Part shown: piece by piece, positions 18,323 through 28,234 of the stretch
Layout: every line of letters starts with the position of its first letter
Position numbering within the stretch: the first letter of the stretch is position 1
Assembly: GCA_016187935.1 (NCBI GenBank)
Contig: JACPIU010000008.1
Coordinates: 292,086-356,085 of the forward strand
Reading direction: 5' to 3'
DNA: 64,000 nt
From: Bdellovibrio sp.
GTDB lineage: Bacteria > Bdellovibrionota > Bacteriovoracia > Bacteriovoracales > Bacteriovoracaceae
Translations under genes and position numbers: made by a program
The notes under the pieces: model-generated
Told to the model about the DNA's origin: nothing
Database searches by the model: none
What the model saw: only the letters and a program-made list of their open reading frames with translations

Positions 18323-18355
18323 TATATCAACACTATCATAATAGTGTCAATATAT
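18323..18355 (-). promoter_or_regulatory. brnTA promoter with palindromic operator
   Basis: On the minus strand: TTGACA, 17 bp spacer, ATATAG. The -10 element ends about 6 nt from the ATG (possibly leaderless). It is embedded in the palindrome TATATCAACACTATCATAATAGTGTCAATATAT. Confidence 0.5.
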
Positions 18356-18366
18356 TGCCCCCTGTG

Positions 18367-18530
18367 TCGAAATCTGTTCCGGTTTGTTCCGGTCGGCGCA
18401 TGAAAAACCATGAAATTGGATGAAAGAAGATGAAAATCAAAAAGGGACAAGCCCGCTAAATCATTCGTAATTAATTGTATTTAAAGACAAATTTTTTCTG
18501 GCACTAAGTTCCCCTTGGGAGTACCAAATA
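18367..18530. repeat. TA-upstream repeat family, copy B
   Basis: Homologous to 15134-15300. Confidence 0.85.
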
Positions 18531-18533
18531 CTT

Positions 18534-18564
18534 AAAAGCCCCTGAAATCAGGGGCTTTTTTTTT
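18534..18564. terminator. bidirectional rho-independent terminator
   Basis: AAAAGCCCCTGAAATCAGGGGCTTTTTTTTT. Confidence 0.65.
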
Positions 18565-18667
18565 GCCTAAAACCCAAGATGAGACAGACAGGATGTCTGG
18601 CTTAGCGCCTGAGGCGACCGACCGAAGGAGGCCGGAGGAAAGAATGCACTACCACAGGATTCCTTTA

Positions 18668-20500
18668 ACCTTAGAACCCAAATCCGTCATTAGACACATT
18701 GCACTTCCGCTAAGGAAGTTAATTTCACAGAAGTTCCGACGATATTTCGACATTACCGCCAGATTATGTAGCGCAAATATTTTTTTCTCCAAAAATCGGC
18801 CCCATTTTTTTCGAGCTTGGCCAAAAACGCCTCGTAATTACCCTCCTGGCGTGTATGGAGGGCAATCGAACATTAATGGGTCACGTAGCTCCGCTGGGAA
18901 AATCCTAATTATTCTTTTGTCAAAGAGCAGACACTTACAAGGGCGTAGTGTGCCTATCAATTGCAAGTGCAGGAAAAATCCTTAGCGAAGTAAAAAGTTT
19001 GTGGATTGCTCCACTTAAACGGGGCACCTCCTTGTAAATATGATTGCTAAATCTAATCACAATTTTTCTTTGTCCCTGTCGGACCTCACTGGCGAGATAA
19101 ACCATTCTTCGTCGAACGCGTTTTAGAAAGCATCCCGTCTCAGGGGCCACGATGAAAGCGGCAAATCGCATGAGGTTGTAAGCAAAAATTCCCATGAGCC
19201 CCCAAGCACGATTGGCATTGAGTTTTTGGCAGGGGAAGTGCAAAAAATCCATGCCGTACTTCAGATCCTTGATGTGATTTTCACAGTTGGCGCGCTGACG
19301 ATAGAATTTGATAATCGCCTCATTTTTCATCTCGCTTTCGCTGATGTTGGTGATGATGGCGTAATAGTCATAGTGACGTTTGTCTTCCTTGGTGACCACT
19401 CTCTTTTTTGCCCGAATAAAAACCACGCGCAAAAATGATCGTCCCTTCAGCCCCTTATTGAGGTAAAAACAATTGGCCACTTGGCACGGCCTTTTCTGGC
19501 CCAAATCTATATCTTCCTTGTTCACAAAAAATTGCAATTTGATTTTATTCCATGGCATTTTGAATTCCTGCTCATCGAGCAGTGGCCCCCAAACAACTTC
19601 ACTGAGGCAGATGGCAAATTTTACATCATGGGCGAGAAGGGCATTATAGGTACTGACATTGCCATAGGCGCTGTCGGCGCGGAAATAGCGAGGAACATTT
19701 TTCGGAATTGCACTGAAGATTTTTTGAATCATATTGGTGGCACCGACACTCGAATGAGTCGCGCCACTTCGCAGTTCCCAACCATAACAAAATCCATATT
19801 GATCGAAAGCGTTTTGACTACTCAACCCCAATTGCTTCTTATGTCCGTCAAATTCTACTCCCTCCATTTGCACGCCATATTGCTTGTGCACAGTGGAGTC
19901 CATGGTAATGATAAAACGCTCGTCTTGAATGCAGAATTTTTGTCGCAGTTTTAGACACAATGTCGGAAGAAAATTTTGAATCTGCTCAATTTCCTTGAGG
20001 CGAAATATACGCAAAAATTTGCCCATGGTGGTCGAAGCGACGCCACCACGGATAATTCGCAAAAAACCTGGTCTTCTCGCAGATCGTTGAGGTCGTCCAA
20101 GCACTCGGCACCTGCAATAAATGCCAGGATGGCCGCTATAAACTTATTTTTTGCTGCAAGGCCACGCATTCTCTGCATGCGAGGCAAGATTTTGGCCAGT
20201 TCCCCCATAAATCCTAAACGATTGAGCAGCTCGTTGAAAAAAAATAAGCCCGAAAGTGCAGAAAGTTCTTTTCTTGTTTTTTCGATCACGATACTTTTGA
20301 AGTTCAAAAGAAACCTCTTTTGTTTTTTTATTTTTTTGTTTGGCGATAAAAAGATATCTAAACAAAGAGGTTTTTTCATTCTGCACGGCCATGAACGCAG
20401 GGCCGCATAAATCCAAAAATGGTGAAAGCTGCATATTCCGATGAAAGGCCGAATGGCATAGGTATCCGAGTATTTCTTGCTTAGGTTAAAGAAGGATTAC
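18668..20500 (-). mobile_element. IS1380-family insertion sequence (transposase frameshifted into two ORFs)
   Basis: DDE transposase with YRQRANCENHIKDLK. N-terminal 142 aa ORF (19951-20379) and C-terminal 389 aa ORF (18935-20104) overlap in different frames. Candidate terminal inverted repeats CTTTAACCTTAG (about 18672) and CTAAGGTTAAAG (about 20485). Confidence 0.7.
18935..20379 (-). pseudogene. IS1380-family transposase, split by a frameshift (or programmed frameshift)
   Basis: Two overlapping ORFs together give about 480 aa. Confidence 0.65.
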
Positions 20501-20932
20501 GGTTATAATGTCGGAGCTAAAATTATGGGGATGAAAAGAAGTAAAATTGCGAGTGAGGCTGTCTTGAAAGCAGCAGAAGTATTTCTGAGCCGGCGCATGT
20601 ATAAAAAGCGCTCTGATGGCAAGCTGATTCATCCAGATTTTGTTCAACTTCATTATCCCCGGTATTGGCATTACGATATTTTGGGAGGACTCAAGGCAAT
20701 GACAGAAATTGGCCTAGTCAAAGATGCACGGTGTGAGGATGCACTCGATCTTTTGGAGAATAAGGAGCTGAAGGTCGGCGGCTGGCCTGCTGAGAAACGC
20801 TATTACAAGGTAGCCAGCAAAATTGAACTCAATGCCGATTATGTTGATTGGGGAGGCACTGGAAAGCATAAGATGAATGAATGGGTGACTACGGACGCCC
20901 TCTATGTATTGCGAGAAGCGGGACGAGCTTAA
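20477..20932 (+). CDS. hypothetical protein adjacent to the IS
   Basis: 151 aa ORF. No motif recognised. Confidence 0.35.
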   Translation: MLRLKKDYGYNVGAKIMGMKRSKIASEAVLKAAEVFLSRRMYKKRSDGKLIHPDFVQLHYPRYWHYDILGGLKAMTEIGLVKDARCEDALDLLENKELKVGGWPAEKRYYKVASKIELNADYVDWGGTGKHKMNEWVTTDALYVLREAGRA

Positions 20933-21011
20933 TTCATGAGAGAGTGACCAGATACCTGGAGCTGCTAATAAAATCTAGGTTCCAAAAAAACCTTTTCTTA
21001 AATCACGCAAC

Positions 21012-21335
21012 TCAGGATGCCAACTTCCCCGCAATCTCCACATCCCCCGCCAAAATCTCCAACAACCTCGCAGCCGCCCCATCCGGCTCCCTCTGCCCCT
21101 GCTCCCAAGACCTAATCGTCGGAGGCTTAACATTCAAAAGCGAAGCAAACTCCGGCTGGCTCATCTTAAAAATTTCTTCCCTAAGTTTCTTAATCTCTTT
21201 CTTAGTCCATTTTGGCGCAGGACGAGACAAAGCCCTCGTCCTCTCGCGACCTTTCCCGACACCCTTCTCAATTTCAATGGCCTGCTGAAGTCCCTTCATA
21301 AGCCCATCAGCCATTCTATTTTTTTTCATACCCAA
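21012..21335 (-). CDS. XRE/HTH antitoxin (HigA-2-like)
   Basis: MSQPEFASLLNVKPPTIRSWEQGQREP HTH. Overlaps the toxin stop. Confidence 0.65.
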   Translation of the reverse strand: MGMKKNRMADGLMKGLQQAIEIEKGVGKGRERTRALSRPAPKWTKKEIKKLREEIFKMSQPEFASLLNVKPPTIRSWEQGQREPDGAAARLLEILAGDVEIAGKLAS

Positions 21336-21690
21336 CTCCTTTGATTATTTCTACTAACTTCTTCATTGCCTTTTTCTCACCAGCGCTTAAATCTTCGGCC
21401 TCGTCTTTTCCATAAACATACAAGAAGTAGGTACGTTCTCTATCTGGAAGATCGAGATAAATGACTCGTAATCCACCGTGCTTTCCTTTTTGCCTTGAAG
21501 GGTCTGCGGCCCTGAGCTTGCGCAATCCTCCTGTTCCAGAAATTGTCGCCCCGCAATCTGGGTCGTCAAGAATTTCATCTTCAATCAATCTGAGCAATTG
21601 CTGACCACCCAGTTCTTCTATCTTTTCCGTAAATATGGGTGTTTCTATAAACGTTCTGCGCATGTAATACATAGTATTACATAATACCAT
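21316..21690 (-). CDS. RelE/ParE-superfamily toxin (HigB-2-like)
   Basis: FIETPIF...DPDCGATISGTGGLRKLR...GKHGGLRVIYL. Confidence 0.65.
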   Translation of the reverse strand: MVLCNTMYYMRRTFIETPIFTEKIEELGGQQLLRLIEDEILDDPDCGATISGTGGLRKLRAADPSRQKGKHGGLRVIYLDLPDRERTYFLYVYGKDEAEDLSAGEKKAMKKLVEIIKGVGYEKK

Positions 21691-22807
21691 GTATTAGTCA
21701 ACCTCGGTCTGGTTTGGTCTAGTCACTGCATGAAATAGGATGTCCGATATCGGCCTAATGCAGCCACACTAATATTGCGCGATATTATAGTGGCCTAGTT
21801 TGGGCGATATTAGACACACTGGCTTCGGCCACCGCGACACCGGCCACGAATACTCGGTTCGGTGCGTAGCGCGGTAACGCTTCCGCACGTGGTGATTCGA
21901 AGTATGATTTGATGATTTGATTATTGGGACAGCAATTGGCGTCCGTTTGCCTTTTTTTGGCGCCCCAGGAGGGCGCCAAAACTGTTAGAGGTGATGATGC
22001 CGCGATTTCAACATTTACCTCGTGAGTTGGGTGAAAGCTATTCCTCGTTAAAAGTGAATAAGAAGTATTTGAAGAATAAAAAAGGCTAAGGATAGACACT
22101 TCATTCATAGCTCCACAACAAGCGCAAAAACAATAATACCTGGAATTATAAATTTCAATGGCATTTTACTTTTCTACTTCCTAGAGAACTTGAGATGATG
22201 CATGGCCACCCTTAGAGAAAGGCCTGTAAAAAAGTAAAAACTTCAGTTATTGTTTCAATGCTTCTTTGGTTTTTTCAAGCTCGTCATCAGTCAATTTTCC
22301 CCAAGCTTTCTGAATTTCGTTTGTTCAGTAAAGTTAAAGCGCTATTTACCTCCTGTTACAAGTAACGTTCTATTTCACCTTAAAATTTGGATTTGAAATA
22401 TGATCTTGGACATAGATACAGATCTTTCAACTCAGCAGATAGCCGACAAGTTTGTTTTTAAATTTCACCCACTTGGCACTTTTTCTGCTCTCTATTTTTT
22501 ATCTATAAATTGCCCCAAATTCGCTGGGAGTTTTCTCAAAATTTTGCTTGAGTGTTTTATATCCTAACTCTGAGAGACGATATTTTTTTGGGTACAGAAT
22601 ACGCATAGCTTTCGTTCTTGGCGGCAATAGAATTAAAAAAAAATTACGCGAGTTAGCCCTTTTCTGAAAATTCAATTCAACTTCACGATATTATTCTCAA
22701 ATCATCAGGAATTGCGAATTGCTTGTACCTATCATGACAAATTATAGCTATGATCCTAAGAATGTCATTGTTATAGTTTATAATTTACTATAAACTATAA
22801 ACTATAA

Positions 22808-23584
22808 ATGAAAACAAACACCCGATCTAAAATTCTTAAAATTCTTGAAAAGAATGGAAAAACTAAGCCTTCTGATCTCAAGAATTCGTTGAAAATTTCT
22901 CTCCAGGCAATCCATCGGCATTTAAAAAGTCTAACGCAAGCTGGCCTGATTGAATCCAGGGGCTCTCCCCCCTTTACCCAATATGTATTGGCGGGAATCC
23001 CAGATTTTAAAGAGCTTTCTAAATGGCTAAGTGCAAAGACTCTTAGTAAAAGCCCTGAAGATTTCGTTTGTTCATCTAGGGATATATTGGATGGCCGACT
23101 ACCTCGCCTAAAGGCCTTCATCAATAATGGGCTTTCTAAAGAAATCTTACCGTTGGTCATCTCCACAACGGGCGAAATTGGAAACAATTCTTTTGACCAC
23201 AATCTTGGGCAATGGCGAGATGTCCCTGGCTGCTGGATGGAATCGCAGATCAGTGGAAAATTTCTTTGGATATGTATAGCGGATCGAGGTCAAGGTATCT
23301 TCAAGTCATTGAACAGGGTACATCCAAACATTCAGAATGATCAAGATGCCCTGAAAGCGGCTTTCGAAACTATCATTTCCGGCCGGGCACCTGAGAAGCG
23401 AGGAAACGGGTTAAAATTCGTTAAAGCAAACCTAACCAATACTCCTGGGGGAGGCGTCGCCTGCATTTCAGGGAGTGGCCAAGTTCACTATGGAACTCAA
23501 GGAGAAAAGTGCATTGATCTCCTTAAAAGATATTTTAACAAGGTTAACGGAACCATCACACTCATGGTTTGGGGTCTGCAATGA
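22808..23584 (+). CDS. winged-HTH + GHKL (HATPase_c) ATPase fusion protein
   Basis: N-terminal ILKILEKNGKTKPSDL...AIHRHLKSLTQAGLIE wHTH. C-terminal GNNSFDHN / ADRGQGI / GNGLKFV (N, G1 and G2 boxes). Confidence 0.6.
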   Translation: MKTNTRSKILKILEKNGKTKPSDLKNSLKISLQAIHRHLKSLTQAGLIESRGSPPFTQYVLAGIPDFKELSKWLSAKTLSKSPEDFVCSSRDILDGRLPRLKAFINNGLSKEILPLVISTTGEIGNNSFDHNLGQWRDVPGCWMESQISGKFLWICIADRGQGIFKSLNRVHPNIQNDQDALKAAFETIISGRAPEKRGNGLKFVKANLTNTPGGGVACISGSGQVHYGTQGEKCIDLLKRYFNKVNGTITLMVWGLQ

Positions 23585-23862
23585 AAATCGAAGTAAGAAA
23601 ATTTGGAGAAATCCTAACTTCTCGGCCCGCTGGGCGTGAAGCGGCAATGTCCATCAAGGCTTACTTTAAGCCCAAATCAAACGAGAAAATCGAGCTTGAT
23701 TTTTCGGGCGTTCTTGCTGTTGGGCCATCTTGGATGGATGAGGTGCTTTCTACCTTGCGTGAGGAGTATGGCGAGGATCGCGTAACATGCCTTCCAAGCA
23801 AAAATGCTTCCGTTCTTGAATCTTTAAAAATTATTGATTTACAGCGAGATTGCAAAAATTGA
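23581..23862 (+). CDS. DUF4325 STAS-like domain protein
   Basis: ATGA overlap with the upstream gene. RPAGREAA...LDFSGVLAVGPSWMDEVL pattern. Confidence 0.55.
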   Translation: MKIEVRKFGEILTSRPAGREAAMSIKAYFKPKSNEKIELDFSGVLAVGPSWMDEVLSTLREEYGEDRVTCLPSKNASVLESLKIIDLQRDCKN

Positions 23863-24041
23863 AAATTGGCTTTGCCGTGGGTCCATCACTCGGCGACATC
23901 TGACTCCTGCTGTCGTGTTTCCAATCCAAACAAATCGCATGTGCATATTTTATTTGCCTAAATTATATGCACATTATACGATATGTGCATATAATTTTCA
24001 AAAAGGTGATTTGCACATCTCCTAATTGGAACTCAAAACCT

Positions 24042-25100
24042 ATGGAATATATCGATCGAAAAAATAAGATACTGCAATTTGTTAGGGTCTACGGAGCAAT
24101 CTCCAATAGTGATGTTCAATCACTCACTAGCTCACACCGCAACACCTCCACACACGATTTAAAAAGACTCGTTGATGAAGGGCTCTTACTGGCCCACGGA
24201 ACAGGAAAAGGCACCATCTACCGTCTTCTTGAAGATCTCATATTCCCTCCTTCTGAGATTGAGGCAATCTTCCTAAAAAAAGAAAAAAAATTATTCGATA
24301 AGTTTTTCAGAACCCAGGATCGGAAAAAGGTCTTTTTTAATAAAATAGCAGAGAAAGCAATATCGGCAGATTTTAGTTTTCCAAAAAATATTTCAGATAA
24401 ATTTCACGAGCTGAAGGAACGGATCGACACAAAAAGAAAGGAGCTTTCGGAGGAAGCGAGAAAAAAGAAAAAGGAAAAGCTCGTCATCGACCTCTCATGG
24501 GCCTCTTCAAACATCGAGGGAAATACCTATTCCCTTTTGGAAACCGAAGGTCTCCTGAAATATAATCAAACGGCTAAAGGGAAGAATTTCCAAGAAGCGC
24601 AAATGATCTTGAATCACAAATCGGCGATTGAATACATACGGCAGGGAAGTCACTATAAAACAATTGATAAACAAAAAGTGCTAGAACTGCATCAGATTTT
24701 GATGCAAAATTTAAATATCGATACTGGCTTCCGTGAGCATCTTGTAACGATCTCTAATTCAAGCTTTGTTCCATGCGATAACAAATTCCAAATCATTTCT
24801 TTCTTCGATTTGCTCACAACTAAAATCAACAAAATGAAATCTGCTTTAGACAAAGCAGTTGCCGCCAATCTTCTCTTAGCATTTCTTCAACCTTTTTCAG
24901 ATGGAAATAAAAGGACTTCCCGAATGCTGGGAAATTCCATTTTACTTTCTTACAACTACATCCCAATTTCGTTTGTGAATACTCCCAAGGAGGATTATAT
25001 CAAGGCCATTCTCTATTTTTACGAGAAACAAAAACCAGATTTTTTTAAACAGTTGTTTCTGAATGAATTAAATAATTCCTTCAGAGAGTATATCGGGTAA
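24042..25100 (+). CDS. Fic/DOC-family protein with a degenerate Fic motif and an N-terminal wHTH
   Basis: QPFSDGNKRTSR compared with canonical HPFx(D/E)GNGRxxR. N-terminal DeoR-like wHTH. Confidence 0.65.
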   Translation: MEYIDRKNKILQFVRVYGAISNSDVQSLTSSHRNTSTHDLKRLVDEGLLLAHGTGKGTIYRLLEDLIFPPSEIEAIFLKKEKKLFDKFFRTQDRKKVFFNKIAEKAISADFSFPKNISDKFHELKERIDTKRKELSEEARKKKKEKLVIDLSWASSNIEGNTYSLLETEGLLKYNQTAKGKNFQEAQMILNHKSAIEYIRQGSHYKTIDKQKVLELHQILMQNLNIDTGFREHLVTISNSSFVPCDNKFQIISFFDLLTTKINKMKSALDKAVAANLLLAFLQPFSDGNKRTSRMLGNSILLSYNYIPISFVNTPKEDYIKAILYFYEKQKPDFFKQLFLNELNNSFREYIG

Positions 25101-25291
25101 GGTTCGGAAAGGAAGACTCCTTGTTATGAAATCACAACCAATCAAAATCTGGTCTGGTCACTGCATGAAATGCCATGAAAAATGATGAAAGAAGACGAGG
25201 GAGCGACCGTAGTGACTGAAGCCCCGGCACATGCCAAAATTTAAATAAAAAATGATTGGGACTATTTATGGTTTAATTTTTCTTAACTCTT

Positions 25292-25510
25292 TTAGGCCAC
25301 AGAAACTTTTAAATCAATCCCCTGCTCCCGCAATTGATCCTGCAGGGCAACTTCAATCCAAAGGTTCTCACTAACTCCAAGCGTCTCTGCAATACTTGCA
25401 GCTCGACTAGGTGAAGGTATTTTTCTTCCCTTCTCCAAATCACAAAGGCTGGAAGGTCCCTGCCTATTTCCTTTTAATGGTTCATCATGGTGGCCGTTCA
25501 ATTGTCTCAC
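25292..25510 (-). CDS. XRE-like HTH protein (putative antitoxin)
   Basis: LCDLEKGRKIPSPSRAASIAETLG. Paralog of 61837-62106. Confidence 0.55.
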   Translation of the reverse strand: MRQLNGHHDEPLKGNRQGPSSLCDLEKGRKIPSPSRAASIAETLGVSENLWIEVALQDQLREQGIDLKVSVA

Positions 25511-25725
25511 TTTTCTGATGCCATGGGTGCAACTCGACTTTGTGAATCGATTCTCTCAAAGTGCTGGTACCCTGGCCAGTGAATGCTCTCGTGAAAGAAC
25601 ATTTCCGCACTGAAATTTTTGTCATTAAAATATTTTATGTTGAATTCAACCCCAGGATAATACGACGATTCTTTATTAGAAATAGCATGGGCTTTCTCAT
25701 TGGGAGAACATTTGTCACAAACCAT
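25507..25725 (-). CDS. small protein, putative toxin partner (uncharacterised family)
   Basis: 4 bp overlap with the HTH gene. Homolog of the ORF at 62090-62398 (shared F.I.KY...FF..ES pattern). Confidence 0.45.
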   Translation of the reverse strand: MVCDKCSPNEKAHAISNKESSYYPGVEFNIKYFNDKNFSAEMFFHESIHWPGYQHFERIDSQSRVAPMASEK

Positions 25726-25754
25726 ATGAAGGAAGAAGAAATAGTCAAAGCGAA

Positions 25755-27164
25755 CTAGAATGGTTCTCGGGAATCAAATTCATCAAGGAAGTTTTTCTTA
25801 TTACTTGTGATTCCGCTTTTTCTGAAGCTCTTCTCATTCTCTTGAGTGCTTCTATTAAACATCGAAGTTCTTCCGCCTTGGTAGTGAATAAAACCAGTTA
25901 CTTTTCCATTACTATCACGAATAAATTCCTCTGCCGCGAGCTTTTCAAGTTCGAAACTATCAATATCATTAGGTCTTAATTTATAGGCGCGTTGGCCGTC
26001 AGGCAAGAGGTAGAGAACACCGTTTTCCAAATAAATTTTGAGTTTTAAACCGTCAGTTTGGTAATTGCCGACGAAATCCATGAGCTGCATCTCATTCATA
26101 GGATAGTCATCCAACTTAACAACCTCGGCCTTATTCTCTCGATAAAAACTGAGCAGAATATCTTTTGCCGGAGTATTACCGTCAATATTATCGAGAGTAA
26201 TGACACATATTTTTGATTGATTCAGGCAGGTCAGATAGGAGACAAAGCCCGGAGTGCGGCCCGAATGGGTGATCATCTTTTCATTCTTATAATTTTGCAC
26301 CAACACGCCTAAAGCGTAATTTTGAAGGAAGGGAGTTTGCATTTCATTTTTGGAGACCTTGCTGAGTAAGTCCGAATCGGTGTAAATCGAAGACCATTTC
26401 AAAAGGTCATCCACGGTTGAATAAAGTGCGCCGGCCGATTGTCCCCAAGAAAGATTAAATGCGGTAAAAGGTGCCAATTTTCCATTTTGCAACATGTGAC
26501 CGATGACATCGGAAACCTTTTCAAAATAGTTTTCCACACCGCTATTTTTCATCTCCAAAGGTTCAAGAAAATTATCGTGGACATATTCATTCCAACTTTG
26601 CTGGCTGACTAACTCAAGTATTTTGCCGGCCACGATGTAACCTGAGTTAGAATATTTCCAGTTTGTTCGGGGTTCAAAATCCAGCGGCAATGGAATAATA
26701 AAATCCAAGATCTCGTCCAGAGTTAATACCCTGGAATATTCCACCATGGCCCAAAATTTTTCTTGATCAGTATAATTGGCGATGCCGGAACTGTGATTTA
26801 ATAAATTTCTGATTTTAATATTGTTAAAATTTGAAAGCATAGGAAGATATTTTGTCACCTGATCATCCAGAGAAAGTTTTCCTTCTTCTTGCAGACGAAG
26901 TAAAGAGGCGGCAATAAATTGTTTGGTCAGCGACCCGATTTGAAATTTATCCGAAGTGGTGAGGGGTCTGCCATCGATAAAATTGGTAACTCCATAGGCC
27001 TTCTTGCTCAGAACCTGTTTTCCTTTTGCCACTAAAATGACCCCATTGAAGCCACTTCTCTCTAAATAATAATCCAGCTCTGTTTGCGTCTTAAGAGTAA
27101 TAAAAGGACCGGCATAAACCTTAAGGCCCAGAAATAATAGACTCATGATTAATAGAACTTTCAT
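25755..27164 (-). CDS. secreted serine hydrolase, beta-lactamase/PBP (class C-like) family
   Basis: Signal peptide. SLTKQF (SxxK) and a Y.N-like HSSGIANYTD. Confidence 0.75.
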   Translation of the reverse strand: MKVLLIMSLLFLGLKVYAGPFITLKTQTELDYYLERSGFNGVILVAKGKQVLSKKAYGVTNFIDGRPLTTSDKFQIGSLTKQFIAASLLRLQEEGKLSLDDQVTKYLPMLSNFNNIKIRNLLNHSSGIANYTDQEKFWAMVEYSRVLTLDEILDFIIPLPLDFEPRTNWKYSNSGYIVAGKILELVSQQSWNEYVHDNFLEPLEMKNSGVENYFEKVSDVIGHMLQNGKLAPFTAFNLSWGQSAGALYSTVDDLLKWSSIYTDSDLLSKVSKNEMQTPFLQNYALGVLVQNYKNEKMITHSGRTPGFVSYLTCLNQSKICVITLDNIDGNTPAKDILLSFYRENKAEVVKLDDYPMNEMQLMDFVGNYQTDGLKLKIYLENGVLYLLPDGQRAYKLRPNDIDSFELEKLAAEEFIRDSNGKVTGFIHYQGGRTSMFNRSTQENEKSFRKSGITSNKKNFLDEFDSREPF

Positions 27165-27300
27165 AACTGACCTCTCATAAAATGACGCCATTTTCTAGCA
27201 TCAGGAATGCGCGTGTGACAAGAGTCTCTTTGTGGATAAAACTTTCAAGCTTATTGCCTTTGTTCTAACCCCTCGGCCGGAAGCAGGGGCTCTTTTTAAG

Positions 27301-27572
27301 CACTTCATCCTAAATCCGGTCATTAGACACATCGCACTTCCCCTGCGGAAGTTAATTTCACAGAACTATCCGACGATATATAGCTGCGCTTGTCTTCGAT
27401 CGACTTTGCCACCAGATTATGTGGGGCAAATATTTTCTTCTCTGTAAACTGGCACATCTTTCTCGAGCAAAACCAAAAATTTCTCGTCATTGCAACTCAT
27501 GGCTTGTGTTAGGTTGGAGTGCACTTTAATGGGTCACATAGCTCCGCTGCAAGATTTACCTAATTATTCTTT
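27301..27572 (+). repeat. solo copy of the IS1380-element terminal non-coding region
   Basis: About 85 % identical to 18684-18934. Confidence 0.7.
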
Positions 27573-27812
27573 TGCCTGCGCGATCCAACTCAGCCACTTG
27601 CGGCTCACCAGACCAAGTCTCAAACCCAGCTTGATAAACTTGTGAATATCAGTCTTCGTACAACTCGTAATATTTTTTCTTCATAAAAATTACAATCAGT
27701 TTGTAGGTTCCATACCTAAATCGTAAAGCACATTATCCCGATTTGCTCGTGAAATCAATTTTGGGACAGAGAAGTGAGCGTATAGAGGATGTTGTTCGCT
27801 TTGAAATAAACT

Positions 27813-28217
27813 TTACGCTTTCGGCCGCGTAAAAGACCAATGCGTCTGAATAATTTTCCAATTCCCCTCAAAATTGCGATAGACCTCGGTGCAGTTCCAG
27901 CGTGATGGTTCATTGTCTTTGCTATAAGAAACATAGTTAAAGGTCAAAACAGCAACGTCGCCGGCCACGCAAACGGCGGGATTGATCAGCTCGTAACGAT
28001 CGATGCTAATTTTTCCACGAAGATTTTCGTAATATCGAGTAAGCTCATCTAGTCCAGTAATGCGACGATCGAGAAACGGATCGAAGTATGTAACCTCTGG
28101 AGCGCAGAGTTCAAGACACCCGGACGGATCGCCCTTGCCCCAGCGATCGAGAGCGGCCTTCTCTAAATTTATGATCGTTTGTGCGATTTTTGAATCTTGT
28201 GCCATCTTAAGCGGCAT
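27813..28217 (-). CDS. NTF2-like (SnoaL/DUF4440-like) protein
   Basis: WNCTEVYRNFEGNWKIIQTHWS C-terminal pattern. Confidence 0.55.
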   Translation of the reverse strand: MPLKMAQDSKIAQTIINLEKAALDRWGKGDPSGCLELCAPEVTYFDPFLDRRITGLDELTRYYENLRGKISIDRYELINPAVCVAGDVAVLTFNYVSYSKDNEPSRWNCTEVYRNFEGNWKIIQTHWSFTRPKA

Positions 28218-28234
28218 CCTTAATATTGAGTTCC

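Noticed and set aside
18563-18985. 140 aa plus-strand ORF over the IS end region
   Set aside because: It lies inside the duplicated IS terminal non-coding segment and a terminator. The same reading frame is not conserved in the second copy (27232-27447).
21785-22108. 107 aa ORF upstream of the RelE-like TA pair
   Set aside because: No ribosome-binding site or motif. Low-complexity Ser/Ala-rich. It overlaps the repeat remnant at 21705-21740. It is likely non-coding.
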